From an uncultured delta proteobacterium (lineage in GTDB: Bacteria > Desulfobacterota > Desulfobacteria > Desulfobacterales > B30-G6), in assembly GCA_963744665.1 (NCBI GenBank), contig CAVUUM010000003.1, positions 62,508 to 126,507 of the forward strand: DNA of 64,000 nt, in the 5' to 3' direction. The stretch's first letter is position 1, and every line of letters begins with the position of its first letter. A model generated the notes under the pieces. It was not told where the DNA came from. It worked only from the letters and a program-made list of their open reading frames with translations, and searched no databases. Below are positions 29,027 through 39,899 of the stretch, in pieces. The position numbers and the translations under genes were made by a program.

Positions 29027-30985
29027 ATGAAAAAAATCCGAACTGTCTGTGCCCGTGATTGCTATGATGTCTGTTCCCTGATTTTCCATGTCGATGAGCA
29101 TCAAAACATCACATCGGTTCATGGCGATGCCAAACACCCGCTGACGAGAGGAATGGTCTGCCCCAGAAGTGCCAGGGACAGGGATAGACTGTTATCCAAT
29201 CGCATTGACAGCCCCTATATAAAAAAGGCCGGCGGTTTCAAAAAAATCAGCTGGAATCGTAGCCTCAACCTCATATCCCGCAAGCTCGCCCATACCATCG
29301 CCAAACAGGGACCCCAGAGGATTCTTTTTTTAAACTATGCCGGGAACACCGGTCTGCTCGCCAATGCATTTCCAGCACGATTATGGAATGCCCTGGGTGC
29401 GGCTCAAACCGACGGCGCCCTGTGCAGCCAATCAGGACATACGGGCATATCCATGCATCATGGTGACAGTTACGGTGCCAATCCCCTGGAGATACCTTCC
29501 ATGAAGCTCCTGATATTCTGGGGATTCAATGCAGCGGTGAGTGCACCCCATATATGGCATCTGGCCCTCACAGCGCAAAAGAAAGGACGGGCCATGATCG
29601 TTGTTGTAGATCCTCTCCGGACAGATACAGCCAAAAAGGCTGACCTGTGGGTTCGGACAAAGCCTGAAACAGATGTGGCACTGGTCTACGGTCTTTTGGA
29701 CCGGCTTATCACATCCGGGAATGCCGATGCCTCTTTTATCGAAAAGTGGACCACTGGATTTGATCGCATAAAAGCTGAGGCGGCAACCTGGTCCCCCGAA
29801 ACCGTCCATCAAATAACCGGTGTTTCGCCGGATATGCTGCAATTGCTGGCCAACCTGTATGCAGGCAATAAACCGAGCATGACCCTAATCGGCTATGGTC
29901 TTCAGCACTGTGAAAACGGTGCGGACCAGGCAAGGGCGGTGGCCATGATACCGTCCGTACTGGGAATCCACCGGGGCTTTTACTATGGAAACGACAGCGC
30001 TTATCTTCTGGACAAATCGCGCATAAAGGGTAAATCGTTGACCGATAAAAAGTCGAAAATCATCCAACAGGTTGCCGTGGCCGATCACATCAAGCAAGGT
30101 GACTTTTCGGTTGTGTATGTCAGCTGCATGAATCCCGCCATGACCCTCCCCAACCAAAATTTGTTTCAAGAAGGCCTTGCCCGTGACGACCTGTTTCTGA
30201 TTGTTCATGAAACCCACTGGACCGAGACGGCAAAATTGGCCGACATCGTTTTACCGGCGCCCACATTCCTGGAGAAAGAGGATATCGTCATTCCAGACAG
30301 TCATAATTGTGTCCAGTACAGTCGTCAGGTCGTCCCACCCGTGACCGACAGCCGCCATGAAATCCAGGTTATGACAGGTATTGCCCGACGACTAGGGCTT
30401 AAAGAGTCCTGGCTTTATGAAGATGCTCTCACGGCCATCACATCCGCCATGCCGGATGCCTTTGAAAACGGAGACATGCAGGACCTGGTTTCCGGTAAGC
30501 GGCTCAGGCTTGCATGCAAACCCAGGGATCACTATCCAACACCTTCCGGTAAAATTGAATTCTATGCCGCAAAAGCCCTGGCAAGGGGCCAGTCCCCCAT
30601 GCCGATGCAAAAAGAATGCGTGGCGGAAACAGAACAATTCATCTTCATGACCAGTTCCATATCGAAGCATACGCATACCCAATTTCAAGAGGTCTACGGG
30701 AACATTCCCCCGGTGGTTCATATCAATCCGAAAGATGCTGCAAGATTCGGTATTGACCATGGAGAAGATGTCCTGCTGAAAAATCACCTCGGCAGTCTCA
30801 GGTTGCAAGCTGTCATTTCAGAAGCCCTACCGGAAGGTATTGTCTGGTCTCCTAAAGAAGCCGCGGATCTGGACGGTATCGCCCAGAACAGCCTGATGAG
30901 CAGCCGGCCGCAGGCCATGGGCAATGGGCCCCGATTCAATACGACCCAGGTGGTATTGGAAAAATTGGGAAAAGCTTCAGACTGA
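29027..30985 (+). CDS. molybdopterin oxidoreductase (DMSO reductase superfamily), cytoplasmic
   Basis: N-terminal CARDCYDVC...C Fe-S motif and molybdopterin-binding segments. No signal peptide. Confidence 0.8.
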   Translation: MKKIRTVCARDCYDVCSLIFHVDEHQNITSVHGDAKHPLTRGMVCPRSARDRDRLLSNRIDSPYIKKAGGFKKISWNRSLNLISRKLAHTIAKQGPQRILFLNYAGNTGLLANAFPARLWNALGAAQTDGALCSQSGHTGISMHHGDSYGANPLEIPSMKLLIFWGFNAAVSAPHIWHLALTAQKKGRAMIVVVDPLRTDTAKKADLWVRTKPETDVALVYGLLDRLITSGNADASFIEKWTTGFDRIKAEAATWSPETVHQITGVSPDMLQLLANLYAGNKPSMTLIGYGLQHCENGADQARAVAMIPSVLGIHRGFYYGNDSAYLLDKSRIKGKSLTDKKSKIIQQVAVADHIKQGDFSVVYVSCMNPAMTLPNQNLFQEGLARDDLFLIVHETHWTETAKLADIVLPAPTFLEKEDIVIPDSHNCVQYSRQVVPPVTDSRHEIQVMTGIARRLGLKESWLYEDALTAITSAMPDAFENGDMQDLVSGKRLRLACKPRDHYPTPSGKIEFYAAKALARGQSPMPMQKECVAETEQFIFMTSSISKHTHTQFQEVYGNIPPVVHINPKDAARFGIDHGEDVLLKNHLGSLRLQAVISEALPEGIVWSPKEAADLDGIAQNSLMSSRPQAMGNGPRFNTTQVVLEKLGKASD

Positions 30986-32005
30986 CGTGTCCTGGAAAAG
31001 AGTTGAAAAATCCTCATAACCCTCTTTCTCCAGATCTTCCCTGGGAATAAATCTGAGAGATGCGGAATTGATGCAGTAGCGCAGTCCCGTGGGCTGGGGC
31101 CCGTCCTCAAAAAGATGCCCCAAATGAGAATCGCCATGCTTGCTGCGAACCTCGGTCCGGGTCATGAAAAGTTTACGATCTTTTTTTTCTAGAATATTTT
31201 CAGGTGCCATGGGGCGTGTGAAGCTTGGCCAGCCCGTGCCTGAATCAAACTTGTCAATGGAACTGAACAGGGGTTCCCCGCTGACAATATCCACATAGAT
31301 GCCCGGTTTTTTATTGTTCCAGTATTCGTTTTTAAAGGGGGGTTCGGTTGCGTCTTGCCTGGCCACACTGTATTGCCCGGGTGACAAGCGCTCCCGTAGT
31401 TCATTGTCCGGTGGTTTTACATATTGAACTGGGTTATTTGAGACATCGGTAATTTTTTGCTTTGATTTCCAGGTGGATAACAGAAACCGATCTCTTCCAG
31501 ACCCCCTGCGGTAAGTCTGGTAATGCTGGGGATTCTTTTTGGCGTAGTCCTGATGATACGCCTCTGCTTCATAAAAGACTGAATAGGGAATGATCTCCGT
31601 AACCACAGGCTTGTCGAAAGTGCCGGACGATTCAAGTGTCACCCTGGAGACTTCGGCCACACGTTTTTGTTCATCTGTGTGATAAAATATGGCTGTTCGA
31701 TATTGTGGGCCCCGATCCATGAACTGGCCACCCGAATCGGTGGGATCAACATGACGCCAGAAAACATCCAAAAGCGTTTGATAATTCACCTGGTTCGGAT
31801 CGTATTGGACCTGAACCGCTTCCACATGGCCTGTTCTGTGAGCTGAAACGTCTTGGTAGGTCGGATTTTTCTCCCGTCCACCGGTATAACCTGATGTGAC
31901 GCCCACAACACCTTCTACCTTTCTAAAATCTGATTCTATACACCAGAAGCAGCCGCCCGCAAATGTCGCCAGTTCAAATTTATCCCCATGTTGTTCCATG
32001 TTCAT
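30977..32005 (-). CDS. msrAB: bifunctional peptide-methionine sulfoxide reductase MsrA-MsrB
   Basis: MsrA motif GGCFWC, followed by an MsrB domain ending [11 protein letters not shown]. Confidence 0.9.
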   Translation of the reverse strand: MNMEQHGDKFELATFAGGCFWCIESDFRKVEGVVGVTSGYTGGREKNPTYQDVSAHRTGHVEAVQVQYDPNQVNYQTLLDVFWRHVDPTDSGGQFMDRGPQYRTAIFYHTDEQKRVAEVSRVTLESSGTFDKPVVTEIIPYSVFYEAEAYHQDYAKKNPQHYQTYRRGSGRDRFLLSTWKSKQKITDVSNNPVQYVKPPDNELRERLSPGQYSVARQDATEPPFKNEYWNNKKPGIYVDIVSGEPLFSSIDKFDSGTGWPSFTRPMAPENILEKKDRKLFMTRTEVRSKHGDSHLGHLFEDGPQPTGLRYCINSASLRFIPREDLEKEGYEDFSTLFQDTSV

Positions 32006-32186
32006 TCCCGCCTTATATTCCGACCCAACCCTTTACCGTAAAGTAAAACCATCTGCTAAAACGGTCAATGACATGGTAAGATTGGGTTTCATGGTTAAAA
32101 ACAGTCCGTTTGATTTGTCCGTTTTCGTTCCTATACTATAATGTATTAATCATTTTTATCGGCAAGTCAAAAAAAGGAGGAATGCC

Positions 32187-33167
32187 ATGCCCAAAGCCAT
32201 AAAATTTTTTACCCATGGGGGTCCGGAAGTTCTGAAGTGGGAAGATTTCGATCCAGGCGCGCCTGGTCCGGGTCAGGTTCGGATCCGACACGAGGCTATC
32301 GGTCTTAATTTTATCGATGTCTATCACCGAACCGGACTCTATCCGCTCCCGTCGCTGCCCGCCATACCCGGATTGGAGGGATCCGGTGTCGTGGAGGATG
32401 TGGGAGAGCAGGTGAACGACGTGGCCGTGGGTGACCGCGTGGCCTATGCCGGAGTCCCTCCCGGTGCCTACGCACAGATTCGCTGTATCCCCGCTCATCG
32501 ACTGGTAAAGATACCCGATGAGGTGTCATTTGAAACGGCAGCCGCCATGATGCTCAAGGGCATGACCGCCCGCTACCTCATACGGGGCTGTTACCCTGTT
32601 TCATCGGGTGACACCATCCTCATCCACGCGGCTTCCGGGGGGGTCGGATCCATTGTCTCTCAGTGGGCCCACGACATCGGCGCCACCGTGATCGGTACGG
32701 TCGGTTCGACTGAAAAAGCGGAGAAAGCGCGTTCCAACGGGTGCGATCACCCGATTCTTTATTCTCAGGAAGATTTTGTCGAAAAAACCCGGGAAATTAC
32801 CAACGGCAGAGGTGTCAATGTTGTGTTTGATTCCGTGGGCCAAGCCACTTTCATGAAATCACTGGCGTGTCTGCAACCCTTTGGCACCATGGTCACCTTC
32901 GGGCAGTCATCCGGTGCGGTGCCACCCCTTGAATTAGGCGTTCTGGCGGCCAAAGGTTCCCTGTTCCTGACAAGACCGAGTCTCATGACCTACACCGAGA
33001 AGCGGGAGGATCTCCTGGCGCATGCAAACGATCTTTTCGATGTTGTCCAGAAGGGTATCGTGAAAATCACCATCGGCCAGACCTATCCCTTGTCAGAGGT
33101 ATCCCTCGCACACCGGGATCTGGAAGGAAGAAAGACCACCGGGTCAACCATTCTGATCCCCAGATAG
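32187..33167 (+). CDS. qor: NADPH:quinone oxidoreductase (zeta-crystallin-type MDR)
   Basis: 326 aa. GVNFID-like N-terminus and AASGGVGS nucleotide motif. Confidence 0.85.
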   Translation: MPKAIKFFTHGGPEVLKWEDFDPGAPGPGQVRIRHEAIGLNFIDVYHRTGLYPLPSLPAIPGLEGSGVVEDVGEQVNDVAVGDRVAYAGVPPGAYAQIRCIPAHRLVKIPDEVSFETAAAMMLKGMTARYLIRGCYPVSSGDTILIHAASGGVGSIVSQWAHDIGATVIGTVGSTEKAEKARSNGCDHPILYSQEDFVEKTREITNGRGVNVVFDSVGQATFMKSLACLQPFGTMVTFGQSSGAVPPLELGVLAAKGSLFLTRPSLMTYTEKREDLLAHANDLFDVVQKGIVKITIGQTYPLSEVSLAHRDLEGRKTTGSTILIPR

Positions 33168-33262
33168 CCTCGCATTGCGATGCTATGTGACGCGGCTGCG
33201 CCGCTTTTCTTTGCTTGCGGAACCGGGTTGTGAGGTTCAACAACTGAAATTTAGATGAACTG

Positions 33263-33314
33263 AGCCTCCAACAGCGGAGCGGGTGGGCTCAAGAAGCCCC
33301 CGCGAAGGAGGCTG
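33263..33314. repeat. GC-rich nested hairpin
   Basis: GAGCCTCC...GCGGGTGGGCT-caaga-AGCCCCCGC...GGAGGCTG. It sits in the qor / UROD-like convergent spacer. Confidence 0.7.
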
Positions 33315-33500
33315 GAATATCCAATATCGAAACCATGACTTTCGAAGTGATGCTTCCCAGCTTTTAGAATAAAGGAAGATAGAGCACAGCGATACAACAC
33401 TTCAATATTCACCATTCCTTGTTCGACATTCGATATTTTCCTTTTTAATTTTCACCGGATCGGTAGAACCTTTCCGGGTCCTCCACCGGAAGTGGCGGTT

Positions 33501-33604
33501 TTATACCGCTTGTCATAATAATGTTCCGAAAATATGATGGCGGCATAAGGGTTTGTAGCAGAAAAACGGTTCTCAATCGGAACGTTTTTCTGACAACCCC
33601 TATA
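33501..33604 (-). mobile_element. 104-nt repeat element, copy C
   Basis: Reverse-complement copy with 2 mismatches to copy A. It lies downstream of, and is co-oriented with, the UROD-like gene. Confidence 0.8.
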
Positions 33605-33622
33605 GATCAGAATAGGTCAACT

Positions 33623-33689
33623 CGTCATTCCTGCGCAGGCAGGAATCCAGGTACTTTTTATCTGGGCTACCGCCTGTGTGGGAGTGACA
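33623..33689. repeat. GGAATGAC-type inverted hairpin pair
   Basis: CGTCATTCCTGCGCAGGCAGGAATCCAG...CTGGGCTACCGCCTGTGTGGGAGTGAC. Confidence 0.7.
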
Positions 33690-33722
33690 TTTCTTTTGTA
33701 ATAAAACGGTAAGACATATTGT

Positions 33723-34727
33723 TCAACCGCTCTCGACAATACGTCTCAACAACTCACGATAATAACAATAATTCTCATAGGAAACATCTTCCCGCACACG
33801 GCCGTCCGCCAGGGGGATATAGCCACCCTGATCCATCAATAGGGGTACCTTTGTCTGGATTTCCTTCTTGATGTCTGCCTTGCTGCCGCGCAGCGCATCC
33901 AGATCGATACCGCCGATGAGCCGCAGGTCTCTGCCGAATTCTTTGCGAATACTACGGTAGTCCATGGCTTCGATATTGACCTCGCAGGCCCACAGCCCGT
34001 TAAATCCCCATTTCAAAATGCTGGGGATGAGAATCCGGGCATTGGCAAAGGTTTGGAAAATAATGGTCTCCACACCGCACTGGTGCAGAACATCCAGAAC
34101 GGGCTGATAGCTTCTCAGGACGATGTTTTCATACATTTCCGGTGATACCAGGGGGCCCTCGTTGCCGCCGATGGGTTCACTGAAAATGACGGCATCCACG
34201 TTGATCTCCTTGAGGACTTTTTCGGTAAGCGCTGCGGCAAGGCGGCCTTTGGCCATCATCATTCTCCTCACCAGATCCGGGTTGTCGACCACTTGGGTCA
34301 TGACCTCATAAAAGCGTTGCCAGCTTTCGACACCCATACTCAAAAAAAAGCCTTCATGGACGTATAGCATCAGTACATGCTCCCGGTTTTGCCAGTTCCT
34401 GACGCGTTTTTTCCATTGCCCGGGAAACCGTTTCGGGTCATCCGGATTTAGATGTTGTCTGAATAAATCCAAATCCTTTTCTGTTGCGGGCCATTTTTTC
34501 AATTCAGGCCGCGGGTCCAGATCCAGTTCGATTCGCTCACGTACATCCGAAGGGAAATCTTTTTCCAATTCACGCCTTCCGGAAAGACCCTGCGTCTCCC
34601 AGACATGGATGACCTCGTCTCGAATGCCCTCTTCGAAATAGGGTACCCGGTCCGGGTGCCCGAGTCGCATAACCTCCAGGAAGCGCCCACGGCTTGTCAT
34701 TCTGGCTGACGCTTGCGAACGTGACAT
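33723..34727 (-). CDS. uroporphyrinogen decarboxylase-family (URO-D/MtaA-like) protein
   Basis: 334 aa. The N-terminal DRVPYFEEGIRDEV and the overall pattern resemble URO-D-fold proteins. The assignment is tentative. Confidence 0.5.
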   Translation of the reverse strand: MSRSQASARMTSRGRFLEVMRLGHPDRVPYFEEGIRDEVIHVWETQGLSGRRELEKDFPSDVRERIELDLDPRPELKKWPATEKDLDLFRQHLNPDDPKRFPGQWKKRVRNWQNREHVLMLYVHEGFFLSMGVESWQRFYEVMTQVVDNPDLVRRMMMAKGRLAAALTEKVLKEINVDAVIFSEPIGGNEGPLVSPEMYENIVLRSYQPVLDVLHQCGVETIIFQTFANARILIPSILKWGFNGLWACEVNIEAMDYRSIRKEFGRDLRLIGGIDLDALRGSKADIKKEIQTKVPLLMDQGGYIPLADGRVREDVSYENYCYYRELLRRIVESG

Positions 34728-34804
34728 GTCAGTCCTCCTTTAACCAATTGCAATTGCTCTCGGAATTTATTACATGAATACTATCAATAGAACAAGGAGG
34801 AAGC

Positions 34805-35623
34805 ATGAAGGAAAACAGCAGTCCCCTGCTATATGATGAAAAGGATGGGATCGCCTTTATCCGGATGAATCGCCCGGACATGAAAAATACCATCAATTCC
34901 GAATGCTGGCATTTGTTTAAGAACTATTTTAACACCCTTTCATCGCGGAACGATGTCCGGGCACTGGTCATCACGGGCGCCGAGCCGGGCGTTTTTTCGG
35001 CCGGGGTCGATGTTCACCCTTCGGATCCACTTATCTCCCGCCTTTTTACGGGCCTCCAGGAAAAGAATCGGGAAACCGTTGTGGACGGCATTGGCTACAT
35101 GCAGGGGATACTATCCACGCTTGCCCACCTCCCCTTCCCCACCATTGCCGCCATCAACGGGCTCTGCTACAGTGGCGGACTGGAACTGGCCCTGGCCTGT
35201 GACATCCGCATAGCCTGCAGCGATGCCGTACTCTGCTTTAAAGAAACACGCCTGGGTCTCATTCCGGATCTCGGTGGAACGGTTCGCCTGGCCCGGCTGG
35301 TGGGCCCTGGACGTGCCAAGGAGCTGATCTTTTCAGCCCGCACGATTGATCCACACGAATCCCTGGTCATGGGGCTTCTCAACCATGTCTTTGCCAAAAA
35401 GAATTTCAAGCAACAGCTCGACACATATCTTAAACGCCTCGTGGCCAATGGCCCCCAGGCGCTCAAATGCGTCAAGCAGATCGTCGCTGCAGCCATGGAT
35501 ATACCGGAAACCGAAGCCCTGTCACTGGAAACCAAACAAGCTGCCGACAATATCCTGAGCGGCCAGTGTATCGAGGGAATCGGCGCCTTTCTGGAAAAAA
35601 GGGCGCCGGAATGGTCGTTTTGA
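34805..35623 (+). CDS. enoyl-CoA hydratase/isomerase family protein
   Basis: Crotonase signature FSAGVD...AAINGLCYSGGLELALACDIRIA. Confidence 0.85.
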   Translation: MKENSSPLLYDEKDGIAFIRMNRPDMKNTINSECWHLFKNYFNTLSSRNDVRALVITGAEPGVFSAGVDVHPSDPLISRLFTGLQEKNRETVVDGIGYMQGILSTLAHLPFPTIAAINGLCYSGGLELALACDIRIACSDAVLCFKETRLGLIPDLGGTVRLARLVGPGRAKELIFSARTIDPHESLVMGLLNHVFAKKNFKQQLDTYLKRLVANGPQALKCVKQIVAAAMDIPETEALSLETKQAADNILSGQCIEGIGAFLEKRAPEWSF

Positions 35624-35801
35624 TGCCACAGAAGAAAAGACACTATACCGGTATACATGTATTTCAGTGTTATTTAAAAAGATTCATCATTTTCTGGAAA
35701 GGTGCAGCAGTCTTTATTTTTCACTCACAGGTTGTTTTTAGATAAGACAATGAATATATTACAAGATAATGAGCCCATCAAATGTTGGAGAGGCCTGAAC
35801 A

Positions 35802-38474
35802 ATGAATGATGATCGGATTTCAAGAGAAGACATGGAATATGAAAACCGGGAATGGTTGGAATCCCTAGATTACGTGTATGAAAATCAGGGCCCTGATCGG
35901 GTCGTTTCCCTGTTACAACGCCTCCAACTCAGCGCCCAGGCAAAAGGAATTCATCTGCCGTTTACAGCCAATACGCCTTATATCAATACCATCCCGCTGG
36001 AGGAACAGCCGGTGTTTCCCGGCGACCGCGACATGGAGCGACGGATCAAAAGCATTATCCGTTGGAATGCCATGGCCATGGTGGTGCGGGCCAACCGAAA
36101 GCACGACGGTCTGGGCGGGCATATTTCCACCTATGCTTCCAGCGCCACCCTGTACGAAATTTTTTTCAACCATTTTTATCGGGCCAAAACCTATCAGCAG
36201 GAAGGCGACATCGCCTATTTCCAAGGCCATGCCGCACCGGGCATATATGCCCGCGCTTTTCTGGAAGGCCGCCTCTCCCAAGAACAGATCGAAAATTTCA
36301 GGCAGGAACTTCAGCCCGGGGGCGGGCTGCCCTCCTATCCGCATCCCTATCTATTGCCGGGATTCTGGCAATTCCCCACGGTATCCATGGGGCTTGGCCC
36401 CATCATGGCTATCTATCAGGCCCGGTTTATCCGTTACCTTGAAAACCGGGGTATCAAAGATGCAAGCGACCAGAAGGTATGGGCCTTTTTAGGGGACGGT
36501 GAACTGGATGAACCCGAATCACTCGGCGCCATCACACTGGCGTCAAGAGAACAACTCGACAACCTGATCTTCGTGGTCAACTGCAACCTGCAGCGGCTCG
36601 ATGGTCCGGTTCGCGGCAACGGAAAAATTATCCAGGAGCTTGAAGCCGCGTTTCGCGGAGCCGGATGGAATACCATCAAGGTAATATGGGGTGATGACTG
36701 GGATCCCCTGCTGAAAATGGATAAAAACGGACTGCTGGCAAAAAGAATGCTGGAGGTACCCGACGGCCAATACCAGCTCTACTCCGTTTCAGAGGGTGAG
36801 TTCATTCGCAAGGATTTTTTCGGTAAGCATCCCGAAACCGAGAAGATGGTGGCCCAGTACTCGAACGAGCAGATCAGAAAACTGCGCAGGGGCGGACATG
36901 ACCCGCTCAAAGTCTATTCAGCCTACAAACGTGCCATGGAAAAGACAGGCAAACCCACCGTCATCCTTGCCAAGACCATCAAAGGCTATGGCCTGGGGGA
37001 GGCCGGAGAGGGACGAAACGTAACCCATCAGCAAAAAAAGCTGAACGAACACGAACTGCGCCATTTTCGCAGCCGCTTCGATATCCCCATTGCAGATGAC
37101 GATATCATGGAGGCACCCTTCTACCTGCCCGCCCAGGACAGTCTGGAAATAGCATACCTCAAGGAATGCAGGGCCAAACTCGGAGGGTACATGCCTGCCC
37201 GATATGTTTCCGTGCCGGCGTTTCGGCCACCCGGGGATTCGCTGTATGCTGAATTTCTGGCAGGGAGCGGGGATCGTGAAGTCGCCACCACCATGGTCAT
37301 GGTTCGCCTCCTGGGAAAACTGCTGGCCGATAAAAAGCTGGGACAATATATTGTACCCATCGTCCCTGACGAGGCCCGTACCTTCGGTATGGAAGCGCTT
37401 TTTCGCAAAATCGGCATTTACAGCAGTGTCGGCCAGGTATACGAACCTGTAGATAAAGAAAGCCTGCTGTATTACAAGGAGATCAAGGATGGTCAGATAT
37501 TGGAAGAGGGCATCACCGAGGCCGGTTCCATGTCTTCGTTCATCGCCGCCGGAACCGCCTACTCCAGTTTTGGCGTGAACATGATACCCTTTTTCCTGTT
37601 CTATTCCATGTTCGGTTTTCAGCGTATCGGGGATCTGATATGGGCGGCCGGTGACAGCCAGGCACGCGGCTTTCTGCTGGGTGGGACCGCGGGAAGAACC
37701 ACCCTGGCCGGTGAAGGGTTGCAGCACCAGGACGGTCACAGTCACATGCTCGCCTATGCCAATCCTTCTGTGGTGGCCTATGATCCTGCCTTTGCCTTTG
37801 AAATCGCCGTGATCGTCCGGGAAGGGCTCCGACGAATGCTCGAAGCCGGTGAAAATATCATTTACTATTTGACCATGATGAACGAGTTCTACCAGATGCC
37901 GGCTATGCCCGCGCATGCGGAAGAAGGCATTTTAAAAGGCATGTACCGCTTCCGCAAATCCGAAATCAAGACACCCAAAGCAAAGGTGCACCTCCTCGGC
38001 AGCGGGTCTATTCTCAACGAGGTCATGAAAGCGCAAACCATCTTGGAAAACGATTACGGCCTTGCCGCGGATGTCTGGAGCGTGACAAGCTACAAGAACC
38101 TCTATATCGATGCCATGGATACGGCACGAAAAAACATGCTCTTTCCTGAAAAAAACCCGCAGCAACCCTATATTGCCGGATTATTATCGAATGAAAAAGG
38201 CGTGTTTATCGCGGCCTCGGACTATCTCAAGGCACTGCCGGAATCGATAGCCAGCTGGATACCCGGCCGACTGATCAGCCTGGGAACGGATGGCTACGGC
38301 CGCAGCGATACGCGTGAGGCCCTGCGGCGCTATTTTGAGGTGGATGCCGGCCACATCGTCTTTGCCGCACTTTCCGCCATGGCCCGGGAAAAATCCGTCC
38401 CCATGTCAGTTGTCAAAAAAGCGCGCCAAGAGCTCGAAATCGATCCCGAAACAAACAACCCCTATTTTTCATAG
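35802..38474 (+). CDS. aceE: pyruvate dehydrogenase E1 component, homodimeric type
   Basis: 890 aa. GGHISTYASSATLYE and GDGELDEPES ThDP motif. Confidence 0.9.
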   Translation: MNDDRISREDMEYENREWLESLDYVYENQGPDRVVSLLQRLQLSAQAKGIHLPFTANTPYINTIPLEEQPVFPGDRDMERRIKSIIRWNAMAMVVRANRKHDGLGGHISTYASSATLYEIFFNHFYRAKTYQQEGDIAYFQGHAAPGIYARAFLEGRLSQEQIENFRQELQPGGGLPSYPHPYLLPGFWQFPTVSMGLGPIMAIYQARFIRYLENRGIKDASDQKVWAFLGDGELDEPESLGAITLASREQLDNLIFVVNCNLQRLDGPVRGNGKIIQELEAAFRGAGWNTIKVIWGDDWDPLLKMDKNGLLAKRMLEVPDGQYQLYSVSEGEFIRKDFFGKHPETEKMVAQYSNEQIRKLRRGGHDPLKVYSAYKRAMEKTGKPTVILAKTIKGYGLGEAGEGRNVTHQQKKLNEHELRHFRSRFDIPIADDDIMEAPFYLPAQDSLEIAYLKECRAKLGGYMPARYVSVPAFRPPGDSLYAEFLAGSGDREVATTMVMVRLLGKLLADKKLGQYIVPIVPDEARTFGMEALFRKIGIYSSVGQVYEPVDKESLLYYKEIKDGQILEEGITEAGSMSSFIAAGTAYSSFGVNMIPFFLFYSMFGFQRIGDLIWAAGDSQARGFLLGGTAGRTTLAGEGLQHQDGHSHMLAYANPSVVAYDPAFAFEIAVIVREGLRRMLEAGENIIYYLTMMNEFYQMPAMPAHAEEGILKGMYRFRKSEIKTPKAKVHLLGSGSILNEVMKAQTILENDYGLAADVWSVTSYKNLYIDAMDTARKNMLFPEKNPQQPYIAGLLSNEKGVFIAASDYLKALPESIASWIPGRLISLGTDGYGRSDTREALRRYFEVDAGHIVFAALSAMAREKSVPMSVVKKARQELEIDPETNNPYFS

Positions 38475-38488
38475 CGTGAGGTAGGCAG

Positions 38489-39877
38489 ATGATTGAAAAT
38501 ATAACGGTTCCAGACATCGGTGAAAATGTCGTGTCGGGCAGTGTGGTTGGCATTCTCGTTTCCGAAGGCGATCGGGTGGAAAAAGATGACGGCATCATCG
38601 AATTTGAAACGGAAAAGGCGGTGGTGGAAATCCCCTCCCCGGCCAGAGGCAAGATCGTCGAAATACGGGTCAAGACGGGTGATGAGCTGAAAATCGGCGA
38701 CGTCATTGCAACACTGGAGACCGAAGGTGAGGCCGCGGACGCTCCCGAAGAAGCATCGCCCGGCCAAAACGATGACGCACGGCCAACGGAAACGGTTGAA
38801 AAGGATCAGGAAATAAGCCTGGAACCGCCCCCTGAACAAGGGTCTGAGGTTGGGAAGACCGTACCATTGGACGAGAAAGCCATGGAAAACCTGGCCGACA
38901 AGGCACCGCCAGAAAAAATAGCGGTCCGAGATGGGAAGGACGATTCACCTCAAACCCACAAGGAAACCATACCGGCGCCCGCAGCACCTTCGGTGAGACG
39001 CCTGGCCCGTGAGCTGGGTGTGGACATTCACGCCGTTAAAGGATCGGGTCCGGGTGGGCGGATCTCTGAAAAGGATATCAAGCACCACATCCAAACCGCC
39101 CACGCAAGCGGCCCGATCCCCCGTGCAGCTTCCTTTGCAGATGCCGGTGCAGATCCTGACCTGCCGGATTTCACCCGCTGGGGGCCGGTTGATACGCAGG
39201 ATATCACCACGGTCCGCCGCATCACCGCCGAAAGCATGACCCGGTCCTGGAGAACTGTCCCGCAGGTAACCCAGTTTGACAGGGCGGACATATCCCAGGT
39301 GGAAAAATGGATCGAAACGGTCAACCTAAAAATGACAAAATCAGGTGCTAAATTGACCGTTACTGCCATACTCCTGAAAGTCATTGCCAAGGGTCTGAAG
39401 CGATTCCCACATTTCAATGCCAGTCTCGACATGCACAAGCAACAGATTCTGTTGAAGCAAACCATCCACGTGGGGATTGCAGTGGATACCGAGCGGGGTC
39501 TGCTGGTTCCGGTCATTCGCGATGTCGACCGCAAATCCATCACAGAGATTTCTCTTGAAATCGTTGATTTGGCTGATCGGGCGCGCCGTAAACGGCTGCA
39601 ACCAGACGAGATGGAGGGCGGGACGTTTACCCTTTCCAATCAGGGCGGAATCGGCGGCACCTATTTTACCCCCATCGTCTACTGGCCCCAGGCGGCCATT
39701 TTGGGTGTCGGCCGGTCCGCCACCAAAGCGCTCTACGTGGATGAAAAATGGGTTCCAGGCACGATGCTGCCCTTGGCGCTCTCCTACGACCACCGCATCA
39801 ATGACGGAGCCGATGCGGCACGGTTTTTGAGATGGATCTGCCAGGCGCTGGAACATCCACTGAATATGCATCTTTAA
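38489..39877 (+). CDS. aceF: dihydrolipoamide acetyltransferase (E2)
   Basis: One lipoyl domain (ETEKAVVEIPSP), an E3-binding domain (PSVRRLARELGVD) and the catalytic motif DHRINDGA. Confidence 0.9.
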   Translation: MIENITVPDIGENVVSGSVVGILVSEGDRVEKDDGIIEFETEKAVVEIPSPARGKIVEIRVKTGDELKIGDVIATLETEGEAADAPEEASPGQNDDARPTETVEKDQEISLEPPPEQGSEVGKTVPLDEKAMENLADKAPPEKIAVRDGKDDSPQTHKETIPAPAAPSVRRLARELGVDIHAVKGSGPGGRISEKDIKHHIQTAHASGPIPRAASFADAGADPDLPDFTRWGPVDTQDITTVRRITAESMTRSWRTVPQVTQFDRADISQVEKWIETVNLKMTKSGAKLTVTAILLKVIAKGLKRFPHFNASLDMHKQQILLKQTIHVGIAVDTERGLLVPVIRDVDRKSITEISLEIVDLADRARRKRLQPDEMEGGTFTLSNQGGIGGTYFTPIVYWPQAAILGVGRSATKALYVDEKWVPGTMLPLALSYDHRINDGADAARFLRWICQALEHPLNMHL

Positions 39878-39899
39878 TAATATCCAAGGAGATCTTGTC

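Noticed and set aside
33521-33712. ORFs beginning MFRKYDGGIRVCSRKTVLNRNVFLTTPI occur here and at 56140..56433. The same peptide is embedded mid-ORF in 24462..24668(-).
   Set aside because: The shared peptide is simply the translation of the 104-nt repeat element. The sequences diverge completely once outside the element, so the conservation is at the DNA/RNA level, not the protein level.
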